From contig JAFMJG010000002.1 in assembly GCA_017853605.1 (NCBI GenBank), positions 1-51,701 on the forward strand: a stretch of DNA of 51,701 nt, read 5' to 3'. A program made the position numbers and the translations under genes. Origin of the DNA: a bacterium. Lineage in GTDB: Bacteria; Bdellovibrionota_C; UBA2361; OMII01. The first letter of the stretch is position 1, and every line of letters begins with the position of its first letter. Positions 28,494 through 42,300 of this stretch are shown one piece after another. The notes under the pieces are model-generated. The model saw only the letters and a list, made by a program, of their open reading frames with translations, was not told the DNA's origin and made no database searches.

Positions 28494-29567
28494 CTACCCC
28501 TGCGAGTCTGGCTCAACTTCGATCCACTCCTCCAGCTCGGGCCCGAGCTTCTTGGTGACCGAGGCCTTGAGGCGCTCGCGCAGCTTGTTCTCAATCTGGC
28601 GCACCCGCTCCTTGCTCAGCGAGAGCTGGTCTGAGAGCTCCTGCAGCGTCTGCTTCTCCTCGCTGATGACGCGCCCGCGGAAGATCATCTTCTCCTTACT
28701 GCTGAGCCCCTTCTCAAACTCGGCGATCGAGCCTGTCAGTGCCTCGTGAAGCTGCTGCTTCGAGAGTGCCTCCTCTGCGGAATCGCTCTCGCTCGGGATG
28801 ACTGAGAGCAGCGTCGCGTCGGAGTCTTCTCCCAGCGGGGCATCAACGCTTGCGTCGGGGCTGCCAAGGCGCTGCGACATCTCAATGATGTCGCTCTCCT
28901 TCACGTTGAGCTTTTCGGCGAGCAGCCGGCTAGACGGGTAAATCCCCTCCCGCTCAAGCCTGTCGCTCTCTTTCTTGAGGTTGAAGAAGAGCTTGCGCTG
29001 CGCCTGCGTTGTGCCGATCTTTACCAGCCGCCAATTGGCGATGATGTAGCGGATGATGTAGGCGCGGATCCACCACACAGCGTAGGAGGGAAAGCGAACG
29101 CCACGGTACGGATCAAAGTTCCGCACCGCCTCCATGAGCCCGATGTTTCCCTCCTGGATGAGGTCGAGGACGTTTTTGGCAACACGCTCGTACTCTCTTG
29201 CAATCTTGACCACCAGCCACAGAGATCCTGACACCAGCTTGTATGCCGACTCTTGGCTCTTGGTCTTGTGGTAATCGAGCGCAGCTTCGTGCTCCTCCTC
29301 CTTTGATAGCGGAGTGAATCGCCGAATCTCGGCGAGGTAGGCGTTAAGAGCCGAGTACGGGACAACGGCGCCTGCCGCCGCCTCATCAGGGGCCGCCTCA
29401 TCGTCTCCGTGCGGCTCAATGGGCTCCAGCTCGTGCTCAGCTGGCAGCACCTCGCTCGGCTCAAGGGCGATCTCCCCCTCTTGCGCCTCAGCATGCTCGG
29501 CAGCAGCCGCCTGGGGCGTGCTGCTTGGCGCAGGTTCCGCCCTCTTTTTGCCCTTTCCTTTCGACAC
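28494..29567 (-). CDS. rpoH: Sigma-70 family factor of the RpoH (sigma-32) type with acidic N-terminal extension
   Basis: ...[36 protein letters not shown]... (region 2), RpoH-box-like ...[15 protein letters not shown]..., region 4 ...[25 protein letters not shown]-like.... About 75 extra Glu/Ala/Pro-rich residues at the N-terminus. Confidence 0.8.
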   Translation of the reverse strand: MSKGKGKKRAEPAPSSTPQAAAAEHAEAQEGEIALEPSEVLPAEHELEPIEPHGDDEAAPDEAAAGAVVPYSALNAYLAEIRRFTPLSKEEEHEAALDYHKTKSQESAYKLVSGSLWLVVKIAREYERVAKNVLDLIQEGNIGLMEAVRNFDPYRGVRFPSYAVWWIRAYIIRYIIANWRLVKIGTTQAQRKLFFNLKKESDRLEREGIYPSSRLLAEKLNVKESDIIEMSQRLGSPDASVDAPLGEDSDATLLSVIPSESDSAEEALSKQQLHEALTGSIAEFEKGLSSKEKMIFRGRVISEEKQTLQELSDQLSLSKERVRQIENKLRERLKASVTKKLGPELEEWIEVEPDSQG

Positions 29568-29855
29568 GTTACCTTTGCGCTTGCTCGACTGGCCACACTC
29601 GGCCTAGCCGTACGGACTCTACACCCAGCTGGCTAAAGCTAACAACTGAGACCAACACGCGACAGGCGCTTGTGCCAGCGCTTGCCCGCATCTGCCCGCA
29701 TTAGTCGCTTGGTGTGCAGATTCGCATGCTCCGGACAAAAACTGTCGCATGTCCGCACTTTTTCCTGGCAAATCCGCCCCCTCTGTTTCATACAGTGGGG
29801 TAACTCCATATACTGCCCAGCCGGTGGCCGAGGCCTACGTTGTGAGTGCGCGCGC

Positions 29856-31454
29856 ATGAGCCAACACGAAAATATCCTCAAGCGATTCCTCCAAGAGGAT
29901 GTGGAGCTTCCTAGGTTCTCGCTGCGCGGGCTGGCATTCCCCGCAAGCCCGCAAGCCCACCACCGCAATTGGTTTCGCGAGCAGCTCAACAAGGCGGGTT
30001 TCGCCGCGCCCTCTTTTGACTTCCTCCCATTTGTGATCGAGATACCGATTCCTATACGCCTCGACACGGGCGCCCCGGACAAGCGCTGCGCCTTTGTTAA
30101 GCTCGCGCAGCGGGCCCTAACCCTTGAGCAGAAGCTGTGCAACGCGATACGCGACTCACGGGACCAGATGAGGACAGCTCTCGGAGACGTGCTGGAGTCC
30201 GAAATCGCGCAGCGCCCGATGACAGCAAACATCATCCAGCGCCTCAAGGCGCTCGCCGAGCACGGCGTTCAGGTCGTGCCCGGCATCTACCTCGGCACTC
30301 TCGGTGAGGGTTGCGCAATACGCGAAAACTTCGCCTTCCAGCTCGCCGCCGCGTGGTCGAAGGTTGACCCGCTGGCAGAAAAATCTCGATCGTCAAAGGC
30401 TGAGCCTTTCATCCCAAAAGATGTCCTTGAGCTCGCTGATGAGTGGTCGGACGTGCAGCGGATGGCGAGGAGCGCCATCATTGAGAGCACCTGGAACGCG
30501 GCGGTATCCCGGTCATCTTGGCCGGTTCCTGCGGCGTTTTCCGAGTTTATGTGCCTCTTCCTTGAGGGCAAGTCCCCCGAGCCCGTGTCATCCCTCAACT
30601 CTTTGTGCGAGAGGCCGGACAAGGAGTTCTGGAAGTCGTTCTCCCTCCTCGAGAGCGGGGACGAGGCAGCCCTCAAAGAGAAGTTCGGCGTGTGGTGGGA
30701 CCAGATCGAGCATCTCGCCGCATCGTCATCGCGAAGCAGGTCGCTGAGCATCGTCAACTCCCTTGAGTCCCTCTCCTCAGGGGGCGAGCGCTCTGTGCCG
30801 GTAGAGCTCTCAGAACAGTTCCGGGACGAGGACGAGCCCAGGAGGCTCTGGGAGGAGTTTGTGAGGGATCCGCGATCGGTCGACCCGCGCATCCTGGCCC
30901 AAGAGCTCTTCCCGGCGCCGCTCAACCCTTACGAGGTGCACTTCGACAGCCGCGGCATTCCGTGCCACATCGTAATCTCTGAGCCTGAGGCGATAAACTA
31001 CGGCTCACGCTACATGAGCAACTTCGCCCCGAGGGAGTTCACCATTCTCTACTCGCAGGAGTTCCGGGACTCGCTCTGGTCGACATTCGAGCGCACTAAG
31101 CAGTGCCAGGCGCTCTCGCTTTCGCCACTTGCCCAGTTCATCAGCAACATCGTCGTCGACTGCAGCGGGCTCTCAGAGGCGGAGTGCCTCGACGAGTTCC
31201 GCGACCGGCTCAAGCTGCTGCGGGCGCTCGAGGACAACGATGCGTGGAGGAACACCTCGACCTCCCACTCTCTCACTCTCTCGTTTGAGAACATCACCTT
31301 CAAGGCCCGTTCGCTGCTCACCCTCGAGTGCCTTGAGTCTAACGATGACCTGGATGCCTGGGTCATTCATACCGCAAGCGAAGAGTCGGCATTCGGCGGC
31401 CTCGTTCACTTCAGGATTCCCCTCTCCCTCCGCTCCCCGGCGGAACAGGAGTAG
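29856..31454 (+). CDS. Hypothetical 532-aa soluble protein, no recognisable domain
   Basis: Start taken at ATG 29856 (MSQHENILKRF...). Coding-like composition throughout. No Walker A/B, no TM segments, no motif I can name. Confidence 0.6.
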   Translation: MSQHENILKRFLQEDVELPRFSLRGLAFPASPQAHHRNWFREQLNKAGFAAPSFDFLPFVIEIPIPIRLDTGAPDKRCAFVKLAQRALTLEQKLCNAIRDSRDQMRTALGDVLESEIAQRPMTANIIQRLKALAEHGVQVVPGIYLGTLGEGCAIRENFAFQLAAAWSKVDPLAEKSRSSKAEPFIPKDVLELADEWSDVQRMARSAIIESTWNAAVSRSSWPVPAAFSEFMCLFLEGKSPEPVSSLNSLCERPDKEFWKSFSLLESGDEAALKEKFGVWWDQIEHLAASSSRSRSLSIVNSLESLSSGGERSVPVELSEQFRDEDEPRRLWEEFVRDPRSVDPRILAQELFPAPLNPYEVHFDSRGIPCHIVISEPEAINYGSRYMSNFAPREFTILYSQEFRDSLWSTFERTKQCQALSLSPLAQFISNIVVDCSGLSEAECLDEFRDRLKLLRALEDNDAWRNTSTSHSLTLSFENITFKARSLLTLECLESNDDLDAWVIHTASEESAFGGLVHFRIPLSLRSPAEQE

Positions 31455-31524
31455 CGCAGGCGCCGCGCAACTCCCAGCCTAGCGCCGCCGAACCTCCGCG
31501 TGCCCAGCACGCAAGAGGAACTGA

Positions 31525-32622
31525 ATGCTGCTTCCCACAAAACGGTTTGCCGCCAAGCCCAGCCCTGCGCAGCGGCAGGCGCCGGCCCTGCCCCTCGTGG
31601 TGCTCGCGCGCCTGACGCGAAGCTTGGGGGTCATGACGCGCGCTGGCGTTCCGCTTCAGTCCGCGCTCCAGCACCTATCCGCTTCTGAGCGAAATGCGGA
31701 CACACGGAGCCTCCTGCTCCTTCTGGCACGCGACATCGGCGAGGGCGCTCCGCTGTCCCGTGCGCTGCGCGAGCGGGCCCCTCTTCTCCCCCCGTACTAC
31801 CCCGAGGTGATCCTCGCTGCCGAGGAGGGCGGAAGCCTTGAGGCAATGCTCGCGCGGCTCGCCAGCCAGCTTGAGCAGGAGCACCAGCTGCGCCGCGAGC
31901 TGCTGGCAGCATCGCTCTATCCGGCATTCGTGCTGTGCGCCTCGCTCATCATTGGGCTCATCATCCTGACCTGCGTTGCTCCAGCATTCGGCGATATCTT
32001 CGCCGAATTCGGCGCTGAGCTCCCGTGGGTGACGCGGGCAGTGCTAGGGGCCTCACAGCTCCTTTCTGCGCATCTCTTGCCCATCGCTATAGTGTTCATC
32101 TTGATCGCCGCAGCCTTCATGCAGGCGGCAGCCATGCCCGCCGGGCGCGAGGCGCTTCGCCGCGCCGCCCTCGCTGTGCCAGGGTACGGAAGCTTCCTCA
32201 GAAGCTGCTCACTCGCGCGAGTGACGGGAGTGCTGGCAACATTGGCAGGCGCCGGGGTGCCCCTCGATGCCGCGCTCGAGCTCGCCGCTGGCGCGTCGAT
32301 GTCGGCCGAACAGGGAGGAGAGCTGCGGCGATGTGCCTCGCGGGTGCGGGAGGGCGAGCAGATCTCAGGGCTTCTGTCGATGTCCACAAGGCTCCCCCCC
32401 CTCGTTGCCTCCTTTGTTGCGCTCGGCGAGGAGAGCGGCTCCCTGGACGAAATGCTCCATTCCCTCTCTACGATTTTTCACGACGAGGCGCGTGAAATGG
32501 CCGCGCTTCTTAAAGCTAGCGTAGAGCCGATCCTCATCGCCGGCATCGGCTCTGTCGTGGGGCTTCTGATCTTGGCGGTGTACCTGCCGATCTTCGACCT
32601 CGGGGGGGCTGTGCGCATGTAA
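31525..32622 (+). CDS. Type II secretion / type IV pilus platform protein (GspF/PilC family)
   Basis: Two T2SSF-type repeats (...LGVMTRAGVPLQSALQHL...EEGGSLEAML... and ...LATLAGAGVPLDAALELA...GEESGSLDEML...) separated and followed by TM helices. Confidence 0.85.
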   Translation: MLLPTKRFAAKPSPAQRQAPALPLVVLARLTRSLGVMTRAGVPLQSALQHLSASERNADTRSLLLLLARDIGEGAPLSRALRERAPLLPPYYPEVILAAEEGGSLEAMLARLASQLEQEHQLRRELLAASLYPAFVLCASLIIGLIILTCVAPAFGDIFAEFGAELPWVTRAVLGASQLLSAHLLPIAIVFILIAAAFMQAAAMPAGREALRRAALAVPGYGSFLRSCSLARVTGVLATLAGAGVPLDAALELAAGASMSAEQGGELRRCASRVREGEQISGLLSMSTRLPPLVASFVALGEESGSLDEMLHSLSTIFHDEAREMAALLKASVEPILIAGIGSVVGLLILAVYLPIFDLGGAVRM

Positions 32623-32849
32623 AACCTTGTCGGCACAAAACTATCCTAGGTAGCTGCTATTGCTATCTTATTTAGGACTGCTCTTATTCTGCAGCTGCCC
32701 GAGACCAGCACGCATCGTACTAACTGGAAGAGGTTTTTGGGGATCGGGGAGGGGTCACCAAGATAGCCGTTCGCACGCCACCCAGGCGGCTCACTCGTCT
32801 CGGCTTTGCGCCCCTCCCAGCACTCGGTTAGGCAGCAAGGGGAGAGGCT

Positions 32850-33242
32850 ATGCGGGGCCAGTCCGGTTTTTCAGTGGTGGAGTTGCTTGTTGTCGGGGCA
32901 ATCCTCGGGATCCTCGCGCTGATAGCGATCCCCCAGTACTCCTCGTACCGCGAGCGCGCATACAACTCAGCCGCACTGGCAGACCTTAAGCACGTGGCGG
33001 CAGCCCAAGAGTCCTTCTTCGCCGAGCACGCCGCATACAAGCCGATCGAGAACTGCTCTGGGATCGCCCCCGGAACCCGCTGCGCGTTAGAGGGGCTGCC
33101 CGGCATCGACAAGCTCTCGAAGGGAGTCTCAATCGAAGTCTCAACATCAAAAACCGGCTTCATCGCAAAGGCCAGCCACAGCAAGGGAAGCAAGGTGTGC
33201 ACCTGGGACACCGCAAAGGGGGGGCTCATTGGGTGCTCCTAG
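32850..33242 (+). CDS. Type IV pilin / pseudopilin (prepilin N-terminal methylation motif)
   Basis: MRGQSG|FSVVELLVVGAILGILALIAIPQYSSYRERAY.... Two C-terminal Cys pairs. GGGGAGAGG RBS upstream. Confidence 0.88.
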   Translation: MRGQSGFSVVELLVVGAILGILALIAIPQYSSYRERAYNSAALADLKHVAAAQESFFAEHAAYKPIENCSGIAPGTRCALEGLPGIDKLSKGVSIEVSTSKTGFIAKASHSKGSKVCTWDTAKGGLIGCS

Positions 33243-33335
33243 CGGGGCGCCCGAGAGCTGCAAAAAGGCGCCCTTGAGAGCTCCCGCCTGAAGCCGTAGA
33301 GTACGGGTGAATTGCTTGCGCTCATCGAGGTCACC

Positions 33336-33785
33336 ATGCAAAAACGCGCCCTCCCCATCCTCCTCGCCCTTGCCTTAGCGCCGGCGCTGAGTGCCTGCTC
33401 GCTCTTCTCCTCGCCCGTGAATTCGGCCGCTGGGAGCGATCCCAAAGAAGCTGATCTCCCCGTCGACAGCCGCATCACCTCGGCGACCAGGAAGGAATCT
33501 ATTGACGGGCTTGCCGTGACCTGGGAGGTCCCAACTGAGCCGACTGACGGCTTTATCATTCGCTATGGATCGGACCCAGCGGCGCTGGACACCGAGCTTG
33601 CGGTGACCCTTGCTGATCTCACGAGGCAGGAAGACCCTATCTACGGCCCGGTGTACCGCTACGTCATTGAAAACGTGCCGCCGGGAACAACTTTATTTGT
33701 TGCGATTGCGGCGCGGCGCGGCGACTTTGTCTCTGACTTCACCCCAACGGTCGCCGAGACGCGGCAGGCAGCGCGCGAGCTCTAG
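33336..33785 (+). CDS. Lipoprotein with fibronectin type III-like domain
   Basis: MQKRALPILLALALAPALSAC (lipobox), then ...LAVTWEVPTEPTDGFIIRYG...YRYVIENVPPGTTLFVAIAARRGDFVSDFT... FN3 pattern. Confidence 0.65.
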   Translation: MQKRALPILLALALAPALSACSLFSSPVNSAAGSDPKEADLPVDSRITSATRKESIDGLAVTWEVPTEPTDGFIIRYGSDPAALDTELAVTLADLTRQEDPIYGPVYRYVIENVPPGTTLFVAIAARRGDFVSDFTPTVAETRQAAREL

Positions 33786-34267
33786 TCGAGAGGAACCTGC
33801 TCCAACTGCAGCTCAGTTGAGAGCGCATCCCGAAACCAGCCCTGCTGCGCTTCTATCAGCCTAAAGTTGTAGTCGAGGTCATCAATCGTGACCCCGGACG
33901 CGCTCAAGCTTGAGCTGAGCACAAGGTAGTGGCCGACGAGGCTTACCTTGATGCCAACGAGCCCGTCAGCGATCTCAAGGGCTGCCGCCAGCACATCCAT
34001 CGCGCCCCGTATCGGGACCGTGATGATATTGACCCCCATGTAGATCGTGGTCTCCTGCGGCTTGCGCGCGCTCTCAAGGAGGATCTCGAGCTCTTCGTCG
34101 TCCTTAATCCGGATCATCCATCGGGTCTGGTCCGGGCCCTTTTCGTGCAGGCACTTCTCCGGCTCAAAACCCCGGCGCTGGATGAAATCCTCAACGACCC
34201 GCACCGGGTCCTTGCCGCCGACTATCTTCCTGATGTTGAGCTCGGCGAACTTGCGTATCTTTCCCAT
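33782..34267 (-). CDS. YbjN / type III secretion chaperone-like fold protein (hypothetical)
   Basis: 161 aa acidic soluble protein whose pattern is reminiscent of the YbjN family. Assignment is tentative. Confidence 0.4.
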   Translation of the reverse strand: MGKIRKFAELNIRKIVGGKDPVRVVEDFIQRRGFEPEKCLHEKGPDQTRWMIRIKDDEELEILLESARKPQETTIYMGVNIITVPIRGAMDVLAAALEIADGLVGIKVSLVGHYLVLSSSLSASGVTIDDLDYNFRLIEAQQGWFRDALSTELQLEQVPLD

Positions 34268-34296
34268 GACTTCCTGCTGTCAACGACTCGGTGGGC

Positions 34297-34764
34297 TCAC
34301 TTGTGGTACGAGATCCCTTTAAGCAGGGTATACGATCGGTAGAGCTGCTCAATCAACACCAACCTCGCTAGCTGGTGCGGAAAGGTGAGCGCCGAAAGGG
34401 AAAGCAGCAGGTCCGCCCGACGCCGGACCTCCCCCGAAAGCCCGTATGCGCCGCCGATGACAAGCCAGAGCGTTTTCGTGCCGGCGTTCATCCGGGATGC
34501 GATAAACGCGCCCACCTCCTTCGACGACAGGGATTTTCCTCGCTCGTCGAGCGCCACAACGTAGTCACCATCCTTAATTCGCTTAAGGACCTCACGCCCC
34601 TCCCGCTCCTGCACCTCGGGGGCGCTCATCGACTCAGGGGCCTCAAGACCGAGCTCTTGCAGCTCAACCTGAAGCCCTCCCTTGAGGCGCTTGAGGTACT
34701 CCTCCTCGCCATCACGCACAAACTGCTGCCGGACCCGGCCGACACTTAGCACCACAAGCTTCAT
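34297..34764 (-). CDS. rlmH: 23S rRNA (pseudouridine1915-N3)-methyltransferase RlmH
   Basis: MKLVVLSVGRV...EYLKRL...VALDERGKSLSS.EVGAFI......LWLVIGGAYGLS.EV..RAD..LSLS.LTFPHQLARLVL.EQLYRS....G..YHK. Confidence 0.92.
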   Translation of the reverse strand: MKLVVLSVGRVRQQFVRDGEEEYLKRLKGGLQVELQELGLEAPESMSAPEVQEREGREVLKRIKDGDYVVALDERGKSLSSKEVGAFIASRMNAGTKTLWLVIGGAYGLSGEVRRRADLLLSLSALTFPHQLARLVLIEQLYRSYTLLKGISYHK

Positions 34765-35011
34765 GGGAGCCTACTATCCATGTGCCTCAAGTCACGCACA
34801 AGGCATCGAGAGGCCTCTGTAACATGCCGTACTTTGGGCTTTTTTTGGCGTACGAAAAATCGCTAAAGTTTACGGCCAGTGCGTCCGACGAAAGCATTTG
34901 AAGAAAGGACCATCTTCTCCAATCGCCATGGACGGCAGTCAGGGACTGAAGCAGTGAACGTGCGGAGCGCCACAAAGGCCGTGTTCCGCCTGTCTGTCAT
35001 GGACGAATTGT

Positions 35012-35293
35012 ATGGGAGTATCCCGCATCGGCATCCTCTTTGCCGCCAACGCCGACTCGGTGAGGGGCAGGCAGCGAGAGCCTGAAGAAACCAGGGCGCC
35101 ACAAGCTGAGCAGCGCGCATCGGCGAGTGACGACGCGGCGATCGTGTCGGCATCGGCTAGGCGAGGCGAGGATCCTGAGCAGGCGGCGAACCGTGCCGCC
35201 CGAATCGAGCAGCTCAAGAGCCAGATCCGCAGGGGCAGCTACAACGTCAACAGCGCCAAGCTTGCCCTTTCAGTGTTTAGGGACCTGATGTGA
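35012..35293 (+). CDS. flgM: FlgM-family anti-sigma-28 factor-like protein
   Basis: C-terminal ...RIEQLKSQIRRGSYNVNSAKLALSVFRDLM matches the FlgM C-terminal helix pattern (..I.aG.Y.Vd..kiA..l). N-terminus is disordered. Start uncertain. Confidence 0.55.
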   Translation: MGVSRIGILFAANADSVRGRQREPEETRAPQAEQRASASDDAAIVSASARRGEDPEQAANRAARIEQLKSQIRRGSYNVNSAKLALSVFRDLM

Positions 35294-35337
35294 CGAGAGC
35301 CCTCTCGCCCCGTTGCGCATAGCTGTATAGTTGCCGC

Positions 35338-36192
35338 ATGAAGCTCCTCTCACTTGCCTGCGTGATCCTGCTGATCGGCTGCAGCTGCCGATACTCTGAG
35401 CTCCTTCCGGACGCCTCAGAACAGCCACGCTGGTTTCTCTCAAGCGCGCCGGTGCCACGCGGGGCATTTCTCGTAGTGCATGGGCTTAACCAGCGCCCCT
35501 CGGCGATGGAGGCGCTCTGCCGCTTCCTCAATGCGCTTGGCTTTCACGCCTACCGCCTCACCCTCTCAGGGCATGACCGCTTCAGCGACGAGACCTTCCC
35601 CGCCTCGCAGTGGCGCGAGGACGTTGCGCGGGGCGCCGAGGAGGTGCAGAAACGCTTTCCAGCCCTGCCGCTCTCGATGCTCGGGTACTCCCTCGGCGGC
35701 CTGCTCACGGTAGATGCTCTCGACCACGACCCTAACCTGAGCCCGCAGCAGCTCGTGCTTGTGGCGCCTGCCCTTTCTCTGCGCACGGTGGTGCTTGCGG
35801 CAAAGGTGCTGCAGCTCCTGCCGGCAACCTCGTTCCGGACAGCGAACTTCGCGCCCCCAGGCTACCGGCGGTTCTCCGGCACCCCGCTCTTCTGGTACTC
35901 GAACACTGCGGATATCTACGATGAGACCCGCACGCTTGCCCACCCACAGCGCCTTGCCGCGATCCCAGCACTGGTGCTCATCAGCCCGGACGACGAGCTC
36001 GTGAGCGCCCCCGGAGTTGGGGAGTGGATTGACGAGAACGGCCTGTCAGCACGCTGGAAGCTTGAGCTCGTGGGCCCACAACCAGCCGATCCTGGGCTGC
36101 ACCGGCACCTTATTGTCGATGAGGCCTCCGTAGGCCGCGACGAATGGCGGCGGATGCAGCAGATGATTGGGGAGTTCCTCAAGGGGCCGTGA
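35338..36192 (+). CDS. Alpha/beta-fold hydrolase, lipoprotein signal
   Basis: MKLLSLACVILLIGCSC lipobox; ...FLVVHGLNQRP...; nucleophile elbow ...MLGYSLGGL.... Confidence 0.75.
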   Translation: MKLLSLACVILLIGCSCRYSELLPDASEQPRWFLSSAPVPRGAFLVVHGLNQRPSAMEALCRFLNALGFHAYRLTLSGHDRFSDETFPASQWREDVARGAEEVQKRFPALPLSMLGYSLGGLLTVDALDHDPNLSPQQLVLVAPALSLRTVVLAAKVLQLLPATSFRTANFAPPGYRRFSGTPLFWYSNTADIYDETRTLAHPQRLAAIPALVLISPDDELVSAPGVGEWIDENGLSARWKLELVGPQPADPGLHRHLIVDEASVGRDEWRRMQQMIGEFLKGP

Positions 36193-36208
36193 CTGCGTCC
36201 CCGTCGCC

Positions 36209-37606
<1,398 letters not shown>

Positions 37607-37804
37607 CAAAACCCGCCAGCAGCCAGCGCACGCCCTTTGCGTGCGGCCCATACGCGCCCTCAAGACGCCCTTGGCCGGAGGAACATCCGGCTTCAGGCCC
37701 CACTCGGGCTACCGTATCTATCGGCACGCTTTGCCAGTGGGTTAACCCCCTGCGCGAAGGACCCCCAGTACAATCGTTCCCGGCTGGGTAACCGCCCGTT
37801 TAGG

Positions 37805-38320
37805 CTACTGAATAACTCCGCAGGCGATGCGGGCTCCCCCGCCGCCGAGTGGCGCCGGAGAATCGGCATAGGTGTCGCCGCCCTCATGAATCATCACGCT
37901 GCGGCCGGTGATGTCGCCCAGCGAGAGGCCCGCAACGGTGACCGCCCCTGTGGCGGTGCCGTCCGGCGCCACCTCAAGCCGCGGCAGGTCGCCCTCATGG
38001 CCACCGCCGTGCGGGCCGAGGTGCTTGCCAGTATGGAGCGGGTCAAAGTGCGGTCCGGCAGCCTGCGCAGCAACCATCTTGCCGTCCTTCTCCTTCGGCG
38101 CGCAGCTCGGGTTCTCATGGATGTGGAAGCCGTGTGCGCCCGGCGTGAGGCCGCGCAGGTCAGGCGTGACAACGAGCCCCTGCGAGGTGTCTGCAAACGA
38201 GATTGTTCCGATCTCAGGGCCTGAGCCCGATGCATCGACCCTGCTGATCTCAACTACTTTTGCGCCCTGCCCTACAGAGCACGCGCTAAGGAGCGCCGCC
38301 AAAACAAAAAGCCTCTTCAT
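37805..38320 (-). CDS. sodC: Periplasmic Cu,Zn superoxide dismutase
   Basis: Signal/lipobox MKRLFVLAALLSACS; ...GAHGFHIHENPSC...AGPHFDP...HGGGHEGDLP...SVMIHEGGD...GGGGARIACGVI. Confidence 0.92.
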   Translation of the reverse strand: MKRLFVLAALLSACSVGQGAKVVEISRVDASGSGPEIGTISFADTSQGLVVTPDLRGLTPGAHGFHIHENPSCAPKEKDGKMVAAQAAGPHFDPLHTGKHLGPHGGGHEGDLPRLEVAPDGTATGAVTVAGLSLGDITGRSVMIHEGGDTYADSPAPLGGGGARIACGVIQ

Positions 38321-38326
38321 CTCGGC

Positions 38327-41056
<2,730 letters not shown>

Positions 41057-41236
41057 ACTGTCGCCTTCGAGCGGGGTTGGGGGCCGTAGCCCCGGCGCGC
41101 TGCCGGGGCGCAAAGAGGGCCCGCGTTCTGCCCCGTTTTACACAGGGAGCCCGTCATAGCACAACGATTTTAATGCCGATTCGGGACAAGTCATGTTGCG
41201 AAACAAATTGCCGGGGCGCTATCGTCGCGGGGCACC

Positions 41237-42076
41237 ATGAACATCAACCACGTCCTGTTCCTGATCGCTGCCCTGAACCTCTTGGGCGATCTCTACAACA
41301 TCATCCGGTTTAGGCATCAAATCCCGGGCTGGCTCCTGGCGGCGAACCTCACCGCGCTGGCGCTGTGTGCCGCTGCCTGGCTCCTCGTCCCGGGGGTCTC
41401 TGGCCTCGTTTCGCTGGGCGTGTTTATCGCCTACGTTGTGTGCATTAAGGCCACAACGAGGCGCTCCGCGCCGGCCAGGCGCATCCCGGCCCCGGCCACC
41501 AAATTTCTCATCAGCGCTAACGTGTGCTTCTTCGCCTACCAGGCTATCAACGGCGCCACCGACGATCCCCTGCGCTTTATCGAGCTCGGGGCGCTCTTTA
41601 CTCCATACCTTGAGCTTGGGCAGTGGTGGAGGCTTCTTACGGCCCAGTTCATGCACTGGGGCGCGCTGCACCTCTTCTGCAACATGCTCGGGCTGTGGTA
41701 CCTCGGCCCAGTCACCGAGGCCCTGCTCGGCCCCGTGAGGTTTCTCGCCGCCTACCTCACCTGCGGGACAATGGGGATGCTGATCGCTTACTGGGTCTCC
41801 ATCCTCGCTCCCCATCCTGAGCCGGTCGTGCTGCTCGGGGCGTCAGCGAGCGTGCTTGGGCTGGTGGGAATTCAGGGCGCCTTTGCGCTCAAGGCCTTCC
41901 GGGCCACCGGCAACCCCGTCGCCCGCGCGCAGCTCTCTGCGATGACACAGATCGTAGTGCTCCAGGCGATCTTTGACACGATGGTCCCGCAGGTAAGCTC
42001 AACGGCCCACATCGGGGGCGCTGTGGTGGGCTTTGGGATCGGGAGCCTCCTCACAGCCCGCGTGCGGCGCGGCTGA
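41237..42076 (+). CDS. Rhomboid-family intramembrane serine protease
   Basis: ...WWRLLTAQFMHWGALHLFCNMLGLWYLG... (HxxxN), ...LLGASASVLGLVG... (catalytic Ser region), ...STAHIGGAVVGFGIG... (catalytic His). Confidence 0.75.
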   Translation: MNINHVLFLIAALNLLGDLYNIIRFRHQIPGWLLAANLTALALCAAAWLLVPGVSGLVSLGVFIAYVVCIKATTRRSAPARRIPAPATKFLISANVCFFAYQAINGATDDPLRFIELGALFTPYLELGQWWRLLTAQFMHWGALHLFCNMLGLWYLGPVTEALLGPVRFLAAYLTCGTMGMLIAYWVSILAPHPEPVVLLGASASVLGLVGIQGAFALKAFRATGNPVARAQLSAMTQIVVLQAIFDTMVPQVSSTAHIGGAVVGFGIGSLLTARVRRG

Positions 42077-42208
42077 ACCGAACGCCGCCTGCCTTCGGTC
42101 TGTGCGCCGTGAACAAGGTGCGCTTGCATAGCGAGTCCATCGCCGTCGGGGCGTTACGCCTGCGCTGCTGCCTGCAGAGGATCAGCTCCTCGGCTGCACG
42201 GGAAATTT

Positions 42209-42228
42209 TGGCGGAGAGAGGGGGATTC
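42209..42228 (-). repeat. 20-nt exact copy of the 3' end (T-arm/acceptor/CCA) of the adjacent tRNA-Ser(GGA)
   Basis: tggcggagagagggggattc occurs at 42209-42228 and again at 42301-42320, the real tRNA 3' end. Confidence 0.9.
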
Positions 42229-42300
42229 CCAGAGTCGCCCGTGCCGCCCTTCGGCGGCACAGGTTCTCATCCCCCTCGTTAGGGTAGAGACGGAAATAGA

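Noticed and set aside
33243-33285. GGGCGCC...GGCGCCC inverted repeat after the pilin gene as a terminator
   Set aside because: 7-bp stem with a 15-nt loop and no following T-tract, which is too weak to call.
41219-41815. 198-aa minus-strand ORF opposite the rhomboid gene
   Set aside because: Antisense shadow. The rhomboid catalytic motifs support the plus strand.
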